From Chiloscyllium plagiosum (taxonomy: Eukaryota), in NCBI RefSeq assembly GCF_004010195.1, contig NC_057719.1, positions 64,860,819 through 64,924,818 on the forward strand: 64,000 nucleotides of DNA, given 5' to 3'. Under the pieces are notes generated by a model, which saw only the letters and a list, made by a program, of their open reading frames with translations, was not told the origin of the DNA and ran no database searches. Positions 26,738 through 39,081 of this stretch are shown here, piece after piece. The position numbers were made by a program, and so were the translations under genes. Within the stretch, counting starts at the first letter, position 1, and every line of letters begins with the position of its first letter.

Positions 26738-26929
26738 AGGAGAAAGTGAAGATTTCAGATGCTGGAGATCAGAGTCGAACATGTGGTGATGGAGAAGCAC
26801 AGCAGGTCAGGCAGCATCCGAGGAGCAGGAGAGTCGACGCTTCGGATTTCCTGATTTTGCCTGAAATGTCGATTCTCCTCCTCGGATGCAGCCTAACCTG
26901 CTGTGCTTTTCCAGCACCACACTCAACTC
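26738..26929. mobile_element. Fold-back PLE mini-element with a ~14-bp imperfect TSD
   Basis: tagtgctattgaat (26724-26737) vs taatgcaattgaat (26930-26943); inverted arms. Confidence 0.82.
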
Positions 26930-27030
26930 TAATGCAATTGAATGTCAAGGGAGGATGATGAGACTCTGTCTTGTTGGAGATGGTCATTGCTTGGCACTGA
27001 GTGATGCAAATGTAACTTGCCACTTCTTGG

Positions 27031-27250
27031 ATCAAAGTCGAAGAGCGTGGTGCTAGAAAATCATAGCCTGTCAGGCAGCATCCAGGGAGCAGGAGAATCG
27101 ATGTTTCAAGCATATGCCCTTCATCAGGAATCAGGGCTTATGCTTGAAACATTGATTTTCCTGCTCCTCGGATGCTGCCTAACCGGCTGTGCTTTTCCAG
27201 CACCACAGTCTTCAACTCTGATCTCCAACATCTGCAGTCCTCACTTTCTC
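27031..27250. mobile_element. Fold-back PLE mini-element, 11-bp TSD
   Basis: TSD ccacttcttgg at 27020-27030 and 27251-27261; arms inverted around ~27130. Confidence 0.88.
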
Positions 27251-28108
27251 CCACTTCTTGGCTCAAGCCTGGATAGTGTTCACGTCTTGTTGTACTTGGG
27301 CTGAACATTACCTGAAGAGCAATAAATGGTTCTGAACACTGTGCAGTCATCACCTTATGATGGTGGGAAGATCATTGATGATTCAGGTGGTTGGGCTAAA
27401 GGCACTAAGATGAGGAACTCATGTAGAGGTGTTCTGGAGCTGAGATGACAGATGTCCAGCCATCACAACCATTTTCATCTGTGCCAAGTATGACTCCAAC
27501 CAGCGAAGATGTTTCCCCTGATTCCAATTGATGCCAGTTTTGTTAGAGCTCCTTGATGCCACACTGGATGAGGCGTAGCTTTGATGTAATGGATGGTCCC
27601 TGTCACCTCACCTCTGCAATTCATCTCCTTGTTCATGTAATGGCTGTAATGAAGTCAAAAGCTGAGTGGTCCTGGCAGAACCCAAACTTAGCATCACTGA
27701 GCAATGAGGGTTTTAATCTCCCTTCTCAAAATAGGTTTTTAGTTTGGCTTTCAAATGGTGTGACCACGTTCGAGTTGCTGTTAAATTCTGTTAAGTGTTT
27801 TCCACGTTTGATGGAGGCCATGGTTAGTTTAATACAAAACTCTGGCACACCTTATAACATGATTTATTTAGAGGGAAGATAACCATGAGGCTCCTTGATG
27901 GTTGCTGAGGAAATTCACCTGACCATTTCCTGAAGCATTAAACACTGTTTCCTCATTTACACCTTTACCAACAGGCCCCCCTCCCCTTGAACATGCCATT
28001 ATTGCATGCAATCCTGAATAAAAAGAGAAACTTAAGGTCAAATAAAAACCTCCAACCTATTCCTCATATGTACATTTGTTTTTCCTCCTCCTCCACTTAA
28101 CTGCAGAA

Positions 28109-28407
28109 TAGATTAGATTAGATTACATTACAGTGTGGAAACAGGCCCTTCGGCCCAACAAGTCCACACCGACCCGCCGAAGCGCAACCCACCCATACAT
28201 TTACCCCTTACCTAACACTGCGGGCAATTTAGCATGGCCAATTCACCTGACCTGCACATCTTTGGACTGTGGGAGGAAACCGGAGCACCCGGAGGAAACT
28301 CACGCAGACACGGGGAGAATGTGCAAACTCCACACAGACAGTCGCCTGAGGCGGGAATTGAACCCGGGTCTCTGGCGCTGTGAGGCAGCAGTGCCACCGT
28401 GCCGCCC
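28109..28407 (-). mobile_element. HE1-like SINE with a 12-bp deletion in the A box
   Basis: Near-identical to 18521-18840 but lacks taaccactgtgc. Confidence 0.92.
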
Positions 28408-28504
28408 ACAATAATGGTGGTGCTCATGCTCCAAGACAGCCAGCAGAGCTACTCTAACTCCTGTTTGGGTTACTGCTGCCTCTATAGCCTGACACATCAT
28501 TACA

Positions 28505-28650
28505 ACCGCTTGTGGAATTAAGGGATATGGTGAGAGCACGGGTAAGTGGAACTGAGTCCATGAGAAGATCAGCCATGATCTTTTGAATGGTGGAGCAGGC
28601 TCGAAGGACCAGACATTCAATTCCTGCTCCTCGTTCTTACATTCTTATGA
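28505..28650 (+). mobile_element. Old CR1 3'-terminal fragment
   Basis: gatcagccatgatc..gaatggtggagcaggctcgaagg..cctgctcct..ttcttatg 3'-UTR stem and tail. Confidence 0.7.
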
Positions 28651-28737
28651 CAGAGGAAATGTTGAAACAATTGGTGCACCATGATTAAAATAAAGTGATG
28701 GAAGGTGTCGTCAACAGTGCTATCAAGTAGCACTTAA

Positions 28738-30970
28738 AGTCATAGAGATGTACAGCATGGAAACAGACCATTCGGACCAACCCTTCCTTGCTGGCCAGAT
28801 TTCCAGCCTAATCTCGTAAAATTTGCCAGCGCTTTTCCCATATCCTCGAGACTCTTCCTATTCATATACCCCTCCATATGCCTTTTAATTCTATCAGCCT
28901 CCACCACTTCCTCTGGCAGTTCATTCCAAACACGCACCACCCTCTGTGTGAAAAAGTTGTCCCTTAGGTTCCTTTCAAATCTTTTCCCTCTCACCCTAAA
29001 CCTATGCCCTCTAGTTTCCCCACCCCAGGGAAAAGGCTTTGTCTATTTACCCTATCCATGTCACTCATGATTTTATAAACCTCTATAAGGTCACCCCTCA
29101 GCCTCCGACGCTACAGGGAAAACAGCCCCAGCCTATTCAACATCTCCGAGTAACTCAAATCCTCCAACTCTGGCAACATCCTTGTAAATCTTTTCTGAAC
29201 CCTTTTGTGTTTCACAACATCCTTTTGACAGGCAGTAGGCCAGAATTGCATGCAGTATTCCAAAATTGGCCTAACCAATGTCCTGCAGAGCTGCAACATG
29301 ATCTCCCAACTCCTATACTCAATGCTCTGACCAATAAAGGAAAACATATCAAACGCCTTTTTCACTATCCTATTTATCTGCGACTCTACTTTCAAGGAGC
29401 AATGAACCTGCACTCCAAGGTCTCTTTGTTAAGCAACACTTCCCAGGACCTTACCATTAAGTGTAAAAGCCCTGTTCTGATTTACCTTTCCAAAATCCAG
29501 CACCTCACATTTATCTAAATTAAACTTCACCTGCCGTCTGATCAAGATCCTGTTGTAATCCGACGTAACCTTCTTTGCTGTCCACTACACCTCCAATGTT
29601 GGTGCCATCTGCAAACTTACTGACTATACTGTTTACGCTCACATCCAAATCATTTATATAAGTGACGAAAAGCAGTGGACCCAGCACTGATCCTTGTAGC
29701 ACACCACTGGTCACAGGCCTCCAGTCTGAAAAGCAACCCTCAACCGCCACCCTCTGTCTTCTACCTTTGAGCCAATTCCAAATGGTTAGTTCTCCCTGTA
29801 TTCCATGAGATTTAATGTTGCTAACCAGTCTATCATGAAGAATCTTGTCAAACAGCTTACTGAAGTCCACAGAAATCATGTCCACTACTACCCTCATCAA
29901 TCCTTTTTGTTACTTCTTCAAAAAACTCAATCAGGTTTGTGAGACATGATTCCCCACACACATAGCCATGCTGACTATACCAAATCAGTCCTTGCCTTTT
30001 CAAATGCATGTAATTCCTGTCCCTCAGGATTCCCTCCAACAACTTGCCCACCATCGTCGTCAGGCTCACTGGTCTATAGTTCCCTGGCTTTTCCTTACCA
30101 CCTTTCTTAGGCACCAAGTTAGCCAACATCCAGTCTTCAGGCACCACATTTGTGACTATCATTGATCCAAATATCTCAGCAAGGTGCCCAGCAATCACTT
30201 TCCCTATCTTCCCACAGAGTTCTTGAGTACACCTGATCAGATTCTGGGCATTTATCCACTTTTATGTGTTTTAAGACATCCAGCATTACCTCCTCTCTAA
30301 TATGGACATTTTTCAAGATGTTACCATCCATTTTCCCACTTTCTATATCTTCCATGTCCTTCTCCACAGTAAACACTGATGCAAAACACTTTTTTAGTAT
30401 CTTTCCCCATCTCCTGTGGTTCCATACATAGTCTGCCTTGCTGATGAAGGGATGATGAAGGGCTTTTGCCCAAACATCGATTCTCCTGCTCCTCGGATGC
30501 TGCCCGACCTGCTGCTTTTCTAGTACCATACTCTCGACTCTGATCTTCGATGTGCCCTATTCTCTCCCTTGTTACCGTTTTGTCCTTAATATATTAATAA
30601 AATCCCTTTGGATTCTCCTTAACCCTATTTGCCAAAGCTATCTCATGTCCCCTTTTTGCCCTCCTGATTTCCCTCTTAAATATACTCCTACTGCCTTGAT
30701 ACACATAAGGATTGACTCGATCTATCCTGTCTATACCTGACAGATGCTTCCTTCTTTTTCTTAACCAAACCCTTAATTTCTCTAATCATCCAGCATTCCC
30801 TACACCTACCAGCTTTGCTTTTCACCCTAACAGGAATATACTATCTCTGGACTCTCGTTACCTCATTTTTGAAGGCTTCCCATTTTCCAGTTGTCCCTTA
30901 ACCTGCGAATATCTGCCCCCAATCACTTTTGGAAGTTTTTGCCTAATACCGTTAAAATTGGCCTTCCATC
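28738..30970 (-). mobile_element. HER1/CR1 LINE, ~2.2 kb, 5'-truncated and frameshifted
   Basis: ORFs 29857..30198 (PGNYRPVSLT, SQHG), 29520..29900 (DFSKLFDK, QGSVLGPLLF, FADG), 29111..29413 and 28740..28994. Confidence 0.95.
30445..30544 (+). mobile_element. PLE 3'-terminus fragment nested inside the HER1 copy
   Basis: tgatgaagggcttttgccc..gattctcctgctcctcggatgctg interrupts the LINE; ctgat occurs at both junctions. Confidence 0.8.
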
Positions 30971-30982
30971 AATTTTTTCAAA

Positions 30983-31110
30983 CAATTTGTACCTAAGAAT
31001 GTGTATCTTGGTACCTTTATACCTAAAATGGTGCCATAAATGGCGACTTGTAAATTTTTCACTGCACTCTTGTGAGTACATGTGACAATAAAGCTAATTT
31101 TAGTTCTAAA
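30983..31110 (+). mobile_element. 3' end of an unclassified retroposon (AATAAA plus ctaatt/ttcta tail)
   Basis: Similar to 48870-48993 (+), 57130-57235 (-) and 33135-33230 (-): atgg(c/t)gcc..tggcgac..ttttcactg..catgtgacaataaa. Confidence 0.6.
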
Positions 31111-32489
31111 TTGCCAGTTCCCCTTTCTTTCCCCACTATACCATCTTCCATTCTGCACCTTCAAGCAACTCTCATACATTTGTCAAACACAACTGACCAA
31201 GATTCAGGGAGAACTCGGTTTTTATTTGAACTTTTAAAATTCATCTGAAACACCAGGCAGTGGATCTGATGTTTAACCTTACAACTTTGTGATCCTATAT
31301 ACACTTTTCAATGCACTGACTTGTCAGCTCAAGTGTTGAAATTGGATTTGAGCAGAGCAGACAGCTTTCTCATTGAGATATGTGCATATCCAGTTGAAAT
31401 TGACATAAGTAGAATTTCTGCTTGCTTGGTAATAAGTCCAGAATTCTCACCAAAATCTAACAATGTTACCGAGCTGCCTGAGCAAAGTTTATCTTGCTAA
31501 AGTTTCCCAGTGTTTTGCTGTTTATCTATGAAGTTCACCCTCCCTTTTAAGACATTGTGTTTATAGTATTATCTTGAGCTAAGTAGGAAAGTCTCCACTG
31601 CTCATTGATAAGCTATTCCTGCAGGTGCCATTAGTGAGCCATGGCACCAATTAATTATTCATAATGCTGCAGATCAAGTGTCAGATAATTGAACCAGCTA
31701 TCACAGATAATTGAACTGCTGTCACCTCACCTTAGTGCCATTGTGGTGTGAAAGTTTGTGTTCACCTTGCCTCTGCTTCCCAAGGCTGTAAAGTTCAGAA
31801 TTACAGTATATGAATGTATTCCATGGCCTGGAATGTACTCTTGGTTCTCTTGGTGTTATTCAGCAGATGTTGCTCATCTGCACAAAAAGGTAACAAAATT
31901 TTAAGCTCAAATTATGTCCATGACAATTCAAATTCTCGAGTTGCAGTAATCCTTTGCTCTAATTTAGTAAAGTATCGCACTGGAAGTAGACCCAGGCCCA
32001 AATACTGATGTGCCACAGGGTCAAGTTAGGTTTCTGCTAATTATCCCTGTTTGCAGGCTTTGAGGAAACTCTAGAAATTAAGCTGGTATGTTTTAAAAAC
32101 TTTCTCGTATAAGATTTATGAAATTACTAGGTAACTGTCTATGGTTTCTCAACATATGTATTTCCCAACCTACTTTTTATAATTAACAGCAAATTAAACT
32201 TGGCTAGATTACTATCGTGATTGAGAATGTTTGTTTGTTTTTTGGTGAAAAGCTCATTTCCAGCTGCTTTAATCCAACTCCACCTAGTTACCACTGTTGA
32301 CTGTGTCAAGAATAAATTTTCCGACAAAAGATTTTTTTGGAAGGCTGTCGGATTGAGCTTTTTTTTTGCAGTAGATTTTGTTGCTTGTGATATGTAAATG
32401 AGTTTGGGCAAAAACTAGAAGTAATTCCTGGTTTTTGAAGACTGAAAGCTGTTTTCTGTGAGGAGTGTCCTCCTAAACATCTTTACACT

Positions 32490-33010
32490 TATGAAGGGAT
32501 TTGATAAGGCAGAGCATATTTCCACTTTGTGGAGGGGAATCTTAAACCAGAGGTTCTATGTTCAGGGATTCACCAACTTATGAATGCGATCCCAGACAGG
32601 CATGTAACTTTACAGCTATGACATTTGAATATCCCCTGTATTGATGAATGGTTACTTCATATTGTCTTGCATTTTGTTCTAACTTGCATTAAAAAAATCA
32701 ACTTGCGAACTAACTTGAGAACAGAACCCGTTCACAACTCGCGGACTGATTGTATATGAAGTTAGTCACAATGAATCTGTAAAGGAATTAAAGAGAAACT
32801 GCTTTACCCAGAGACAGTGAGGATGTGGAACTTTTTCCCTGGTGATCTGGCAAAATGCATAGATGCAATTAAGGAAAATCTAGCAAAGGACATGAGGCAG
32901 AAAGCAAAGAGGATATGGTGTTAAGCCTAGAGGAAGTAGAGGTGAAAGAGGTCATGTTGAGTATAAACGGTAACATAGACCTGTTGAGCAAAAATATCAA
33001 TTTCTGTAGT
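32490..33010 (+). mobile_element. Old CR1 3' fragment split by a TcMar/Tigger-like insert
   Basis: atgaagggatttgataaggcaga...ctttacccagagacagtgaggatgtggaact...gcatagatgcaattaagg. Confidence 0.6.
32555..32752. mobile_element. TcMar/Tigger-like MITE fragment (only one TIR visible)
   Basis: Ends cccgttcacaactcgcggactgattg|TA, resembling Tigger-type TIRs followed by TA; left TIR not seen. Confidence 0.4.
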
Positions 33011-33134
33011 TTGCATATAGCTTTAGATATGCACCTGTGCTCAAATAGTACAACATACACAGTTCGCTTGTGTTGTGGGCTGACATCCCAGCTCTGCAGT
33101 ACTCTATACAATTTTTGTCCTCATTTGATTTTTA

Positions 33135-33835
33135 ATGATTTTATTTTCATGTGTAGTTTACAGTCAGAAAAACAGTAACATACAGTAAAAATCTTTTCTA
33201 CTGTTGCCACAATCTGGCGCCAAATTGGATAGTTTTACAACTAAGAAAAAAATAAAAAGTTATAACTTAAAGAGAGCTCATTAGTCCTGAGCCAGCTCAT
33301 TGTCAATGATACACGTGCCACCATGCATCCTCCGCCGCCTCACCGCCGTCTACACCAGATCCAACCAACATTGAAGTTGCCACTTTTCAGGTATCATCTT
33401 TCACCATTGGGCTAATTCTTCTCCGCCAATGCCTTGCCACCTGTGCTGGACATACTAACACCAGAGTCGCATCTTTCGCCGCTGGTCCCATCTCGATGAT
33501 GTTGCTGTGATGCCCTTCCACCACTGCTTTGCCGTGCTGGACTCAACCAGCGATGAAGTCATTGACCCTCAGGTGCCATCTTTCACCACTGGGCTTACTT
33601 TCCTGACATCACCTCCACCAACATAGTAGCTGCCGATTTCGATGCCAGGTCCTGTGCTCACCCCAGAAAAGTAAATAGTGGCTTACTTACTGCTGCCACG
33701 AGATCTGCGCAGGGCCCTTTTGAGTCGTGGCTGGGATTCCTCGCTGCCATCGATGGTAAATAAAGAGAAGTAAGTAAAGTAAACAAAAGGAAAAAGAAAG
33801 AAAAGTTGTCAGAGCGGATGAGCTCTGGCACAGGA
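33135..33835 (-). mobile_element. Unclassified non-autonomous retroposon with GC-rich internal repeats
   Basis: 3' tail shared with 30983-31110; internal repeat catctttcacca(t/c)tgggct at ~33395 and ~33576; CpG-richer than its flanks. Confidence 0.5.
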
Positions 33836-33849
33836 TTGCATTAAAAGCA

Positions 33850-34312
33850 GTTCAAGGAACATTCACAAAGCTGATTCCTGGAATGAAGAGGTTATCTTGT
33901 GAAGAAAGATTGCACAGGTTGGCCCTGTATCTGTTAGAGATAGAAGAATGAAAGGTCATTTTATTGAAACACATAAGATCCTGAGTTGGCTTGGCAGGAT
34001 GGATATTTAAAGGATATTCCCCTGTGGCAGAAATTAGAAATAGGGGACATAGTTTGAATGTAATGGGGTCTCCCATTTAAGAATTTATTTCTATCAGAGA
34101 ATCATTAATCTTTGTAATTCTCTTTCCCAGAAAACAATAGACACAGGGTTGTTAAATTTTTTCGGATAGTGTTGGGTAGATTCTTGCCTAACGATGGAGT
34201 CAAGGGCAAGTAACTGGAAATCAGGCTTCAATCAAACCAGCTAGGATTTTAACAAATGGTGGACCAGGCTTGAGGGCTGATTGGCCCACTCCTCCTAATT
34301 CATATATTCATG
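33850..34312 (+). mobile_element. Old CR1 3' fragment
   Basis: gttcaaggaacattcacaaagctgattcctggaatg... ending in a 3'-UTR stem. Confidence 0.75.
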
Positions 34313-35249
34313 TGTGAATGAAGTGTTCATGTACCAAGCTAGCTTTTGATCCACTATTTACTCCAGATTGTCGTGAAGGGTTTAAATAAATAAATATGTC
34401 TGTCATAGACTGAGTCTTTAAGGGTAGTGACAAATGAGCATCAGCTAAATCATCTCCAATCTGTAAATGTTTCCACTGCATAGCTTTGTAGTCAAAACCA
34501 AAAAATGCTTAGGATTTCAGAGCTATGATTAACAACTTTACTGAGGGCTAAGGGGTCAAAGGTTCAATGAGAATTGTGATTTTTCCAGTCATTCTGAAAA
34601 GACCCAATTATCCTCTAGTCTTTCTCAAGCATTGCCAAACATCTGTGTCCAAGCTGAACTTGCATCAACTGGGGCACTGATAAGTGAAAAGGGGCACCTG
34701 TCAGAAATAACTTTTCATTCAATATTGCCATTCAAATTCCTATTTCAACAGCTGAGAGCACCCACTACTACCAGTTTGTTAGCTCGTTTTTCAAAATTTG
34801 TGACAAAAGTACTCCAAGTCTCTAGTGAACTTGTAACCTTAACCAGATATCACTGCAGGGATAACTAGGAAAACAATCACTGTGTTTTGGGGTTGAGCTG
34901 GGGCCAAAGTTGTAAACAAAAAACTCTTAAACGTGACCCGACCTGATTCCCTCCTCCTCTGCCACATCTTGGTTTAACTAAGGAAGGGTAGGCAACTAAC
35001 CCATTCAGGAGGCAGCTTGGCCATTTAAATGTTGTCATGGGGTTGGGAGGATCCCAACTGGATTCCAGGTTTAACCCTGATTGGTTAGTTTTTACAAGCA
35101 TCAGGAAACCCAGTAGATGATGGAAGGGTGTAGTCTCAAGCAATTTCTTCCCTCAGGGTAAGGTGTATCAGAAAGCTTGTGTGTGCCCGGTCACTAAGGC
35201 TCAGATTGATTGGTTTTTGGAGTGACATTTTAACATATTCAAAGGTTGC

Positions 35250-35380
35250 GGAGGTGGTGGCCTAGTGGTACTGTCACTAGACTAATAATCCAGAGACTGG
35301 TTAATAATCTGAGGGCAAGAGTTTGAAACTTACCATGGCAGATGATGGAATTTGAATTCAATCAACATTTGGAATTGCAA
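35250..35380 (+). mobile_element. 5' part of a tRNA-SINE (same family as 7258-7612)
   Basis: ggtggcctagtggtactgtcactagactaataatccagag..ccatggcagatgatggaatttgaattcaat. Confidence 0.65.
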
Positions 35381-36029
35381 GTATTTGGTGCCCCTCTTGG
35401 TTTCCCCACCTTTTTGATTTTCTGACACAGCCTCTAGTGAGCAGTATTTGCTAATTGTGATTTCATTAAGTAGTTAATTTGATAACCTGGTGGTGGGTTT
35501 TCAAAATAAAAATAACTCAAAAGTAATCTACTCACTCACTGTTAAAACCAGTCCTTTGGATTCTAAGAGAACCACACAATATGGTTCTTATTTAGGACGG
35601 TGGAGTTGAGGTTGAAGGCCTACCACAATCTTATTGAATGACAGGATACACTCCAGGGTCTGAAGTGGCCTACTCTTGCTCCTAATTATTACATTTTTAG
35701 TTTTGTGTGAAAAAAAGTTATATGACTTTATTTCATGGCTTGTTGTCTGAGAGAAGCAGGCACGTACAGCTTTCCAACAATGCAGCTCACCACCTTCTCT
35801 GCTTGCTGTTGTTCCTCCCCACTTTAGTCATCAGATTCTAATCCCCCTCTCCCACTCCCTAATCCAAAGATCTCCCACCAGGGACTAGCACTCACCTCCA
35901 AATTGTTTCCTTGCAAAAAGAACCAAAAACCTTGTTGAAAGTAACCAAATAGAGCACACACAAAGATCTTGGTGTGCTATTTTGGGATAGTCCTGTCCTA
36001 AAGTCAAATCATTTCTCCTTATATCACAT

Positions 36030-36400
36030 AAGCTTTCATAATTTTGAAAGCGCCAACTACATTTTCCATTTTAACTTTCTATCAAGGAGAACATTCCCCG
36101 TTTTTCCCATCTCTTCATATAACTGAACTCCTTCAACCCTGCTATTCTTCCAGTAAATCATTTCTGCTACTTCTCCAGGATCTCGACGTCTTTCCTAAAC
36201 TGTGATGCCCAGAACTGGATGCAGTACTCCAACTGAGGCTTAATCAGTGATTTATGAAGAATTTATAACTTGCCTGCTTTTTCGCTCCGGCTTCGATGTA
36301 TAAAGCCAAAGATCCCACAGGCATTTATAGTTATTCTATCAACATGGCTCTGTCACTTGCAAAGATTTGTGTGTGTAAACTCACAAGTATGTCTGTTTGT
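36030..36400 (-). mobile_element. Old CR1 ORF2 fragment
   Basis: tgcccagaactggatgcagtactccaactgaggcttaa is the antisense of the CR1 LEYC..FW region. Confidence 0.65.
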
Positions 36401-37926
36401 TGTGCACTCTTTTTCCTTTAAGTCGTATGTTGGTTTGATAAGTCACCAGGATGATAAAATATTAATAATGCATTTTCATTTTACATGTATGCTCCTAAAA
36501 TTATTTTTATCAATTCTCCAAACACTTTAGAAAATTTTAATAGAGAGTTCCAGTGTGGTGTGATATCCAAATTAAGTTCTGGACATTAGGATGTTAAAAA
36601 GTAAATAAATGCCACACATTTTGGACAATTTAGTATCTGTTATCTTGTCCATAATTGCCATGAATCATATTTGTTTGAGTGTTTCCTGTCATACAAGTAG
36701 AAAATATAAATATGTTAATTAGTAGGAGACTTTGTACTTGAAATAGCAAACTTATATGAATAGTGAACTGTTCTAAGGACAAGTTTTGTGCCAGTAGATT
36801 TTTCTTTCTAACTAGTTGCAGCATTTTCATATAGGACAGATCTTGAGTGAGAAACATAACAAAGCTAATTGTACATCTGTTTCTGCTGCCAAAGGCAGTG
36901 CCTGGCAACAGACTGAAAGACTGCTGCAAAGGAATTAAAGCTTGACCATTCCCATGCTGAGCACAAGAGGAAGGGACAGAATAAACCCCCCGCCTGTCCA
37001 TGGTGTCTCATGGGCCACTGATCATGAAGTAGTTGGAGAATTAGCGAGTGAAACATTTTGATGATTCTAAGTATGTGTAAGTTCACATGCATAACAAGAT
37101 GCGTGTTTGCGTGAGAGAGTAAGGAGGAGACTGCAGGTGCTAATTCTAAAGCCTAGCACATTCCCTCTTTTCACTATTAGAGATTTCATGGAAAGGCAGA
37201 GCTTTCGCTGTGTTAGAGTGACTATACAAACAGAGGTTCAGTATAGCTTCTCAAACGTGGGCTTTTTTTTCTCTCTTTCGACATGCTGGACACTTCTTTG
37301 TTTGCAGAAATAGATTGAATGTCCAAATCTTTCACACTATAGTGACAATCGATGCTGATGATTGATAACAAAACATGTTTAACTGCGATTTAGTCTTTAT
37401 CCAGAATAAACACCAGGAAAAAGACAGATTCCTTACAATGCTGACAGATGAATGAGTCCACATATTTTCACTTTAACAATACATCATAGGTACCAAACTC
37501 TCTTTGAAGCAGTAGAGCTTCCAGAATATTTGAATTTCAATTTACAATTTGAATTGTGATGCACCTCAGGTTGTAATTGTCATGTGCCTCTGTGACCCAG
37601 TGAACATTGCATTTGTATAGAATTAAAATAAGTCACTTCTATAGATTGTGTGGAGCAGTTAAGTGAAAATAATAGCAAGCATTCTTTGTGCATGTATTTT
37701 ATTACATGATGTGGAAACCTGTTGGATTTTTAATAAAATGCAACTAATAACCATGGCTATTAATTTAGTGTTTTGTTGAGATCAGAATTTTCTGTCTTGA
37801 TATATAAAGAGGTCTCTTTTTAAGAGCTATAAGAATAAGCAAGCATGGAATTTAAAATTGAGACTTGGGTTGAATAAGAAACATGTTACATTCTAAGTAT
37901 TAATTTTTCATATTGAAGGTAGTAGG

Positions 37927-38162
37927 AGGAGCAGGAGAGTCAACCTTTTGGGCATCCCTAATGAAGGGCTTATGCCCAAAATGTCGACTCTCCTGCTGCT
38001 CGGATGCTGCCTGATCTGCTGTGCTTTTCCAGCACCACACATTTTGACACTGATCTCCAGCATCTACAGTTGTCACTTTCTCCACAGATGTTGCGAGACC
38101 TGCTGAGTTTGTCCAGCATTTTTTGCTTTTATTTAAGATTTCCAGCATTCGCAGTGTTTAGC
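37927..38162 (+). mobile_element. PLE subfamily-1 terminus with a short 5' inversion, fused to a subfamily-2 terminus
   Basis: gaggagcaggagagtcaac..gggcat is inverted against atgcccaaaatgtcgactctcctgct; the sequence then continues ctttctc|cacagatgttgcgagacctgctgag. Confidence 0.75.
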
Positions 38163-38224
38163 AATTATAATATCGCTACACAACCATCCTGCTTATGTTG
38201 TACAAATTGAACATGTAGGGCATA

Positions 38225-38385
38225 TAAAGATGAAAGGGTTCAAAAAAGATTTACAAGAATGTTGCCAGGGTTGGAGGACTTGAGCTATAGGGAGAGGCTG
38301 AATATAGGATATCTGTTTGGCATGGACAAGTTGGGCCGAAGGGTCTGTTTCTGTGCTATACATTTCTGTGACTCTATGACTCTGA
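38225..38385 (+). mobile_element. HER1 3' fragment with an internal deletion
   Basis: ORF MLPGLEDLSYRERLN joined directly to the 3' UTR and ctgtgactctatgactct tail. Confidence 0.85.
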
Positions 38386-38795
38386 GTGTTCATTGTCAGA
38401 AAGTGGAGGGCAAAAGACGTAATTGGTTTGCTTTGTTAAATTTTCCTTAACTACTTTGTAAATATGTGGCAACAATACCAATGGTATTTGGGAGTGGATT
38501 TTCCTATGTTCCTGTGCCATCAGTACAGATGAGCTTTATGAGGTATGTAGCACATGGTGGTGATTACCCATAAAATCTTCAATCATAAATTTATATTTTC
38601 ACTTTAGTGAGGTACCATTTATAGGTACAATAAAAATCACTAACAGATGTATGCAAAAACACAACATTCAGTTGAAATATATATGTACACTCCAAAATTC
38701 AACAGGGCCTGAAAGTGAGCACAGATTGTGATTCCCGTGCCTGGTGATAATGATAGAGATAATATGCAAACATAATTCTGCCTTCCATTTTAATT

Positions 38796-38927
38796 CTGAG
38801 GAAGGGTCACTTGACTTGAAACATTAACTCTGACTTCTCTCCACAGATACTAATAGACCTGCTCAGCTATTCCAGCAACTTCTGTTTTTGTTTCTGATTT
38901 ACAGCGTTTGGAGTTTTTTTTTTATTT
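38796..38927 (+). mobile_element. PLE terminus subfamily 2 with a hammerhead-like motif and ~13-bp TSD
   Basis: ctgaggaagggtcacttgacttgaaacattaact; flanks ttccattttaatt / ttctattttaatt. Confidence 0.75.
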
Positions 38928-39081
38928 TTCTATTTTAATTAAGTGTCCAGCCAACTTGTTGAAAATCATTGAAGACTAGCACAAATTCAAACAAGCTGCA
39001 CTAATTAAGACAAGCTTGTGTCTCTGAAAAGGAGAGAGGGCATTATGGCCAGAACAGGCACTAGACAGTTCACACTAATTT

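Larger units (their letters stand above)
26090..27705 (-). mobile_element. L2-like LINE fragment hosting two PLE mini-elements
   Basis: 3' end ttcattcacgggatgtagg..tttattgcccat; ORF 26336..26563 (MEFSPFAWMNAVPITLKKLGTIQKK). Confidence 0.8.

Noticed and set aside
31814..32008. ORF with a signal-peptide-like N-terminus (MAWNVLLVLLVLFSRCCSSA)
   Set aside because: Short, no recognisable family, no promoter or splice support; such ORFs arise by chance in T-rich DNA
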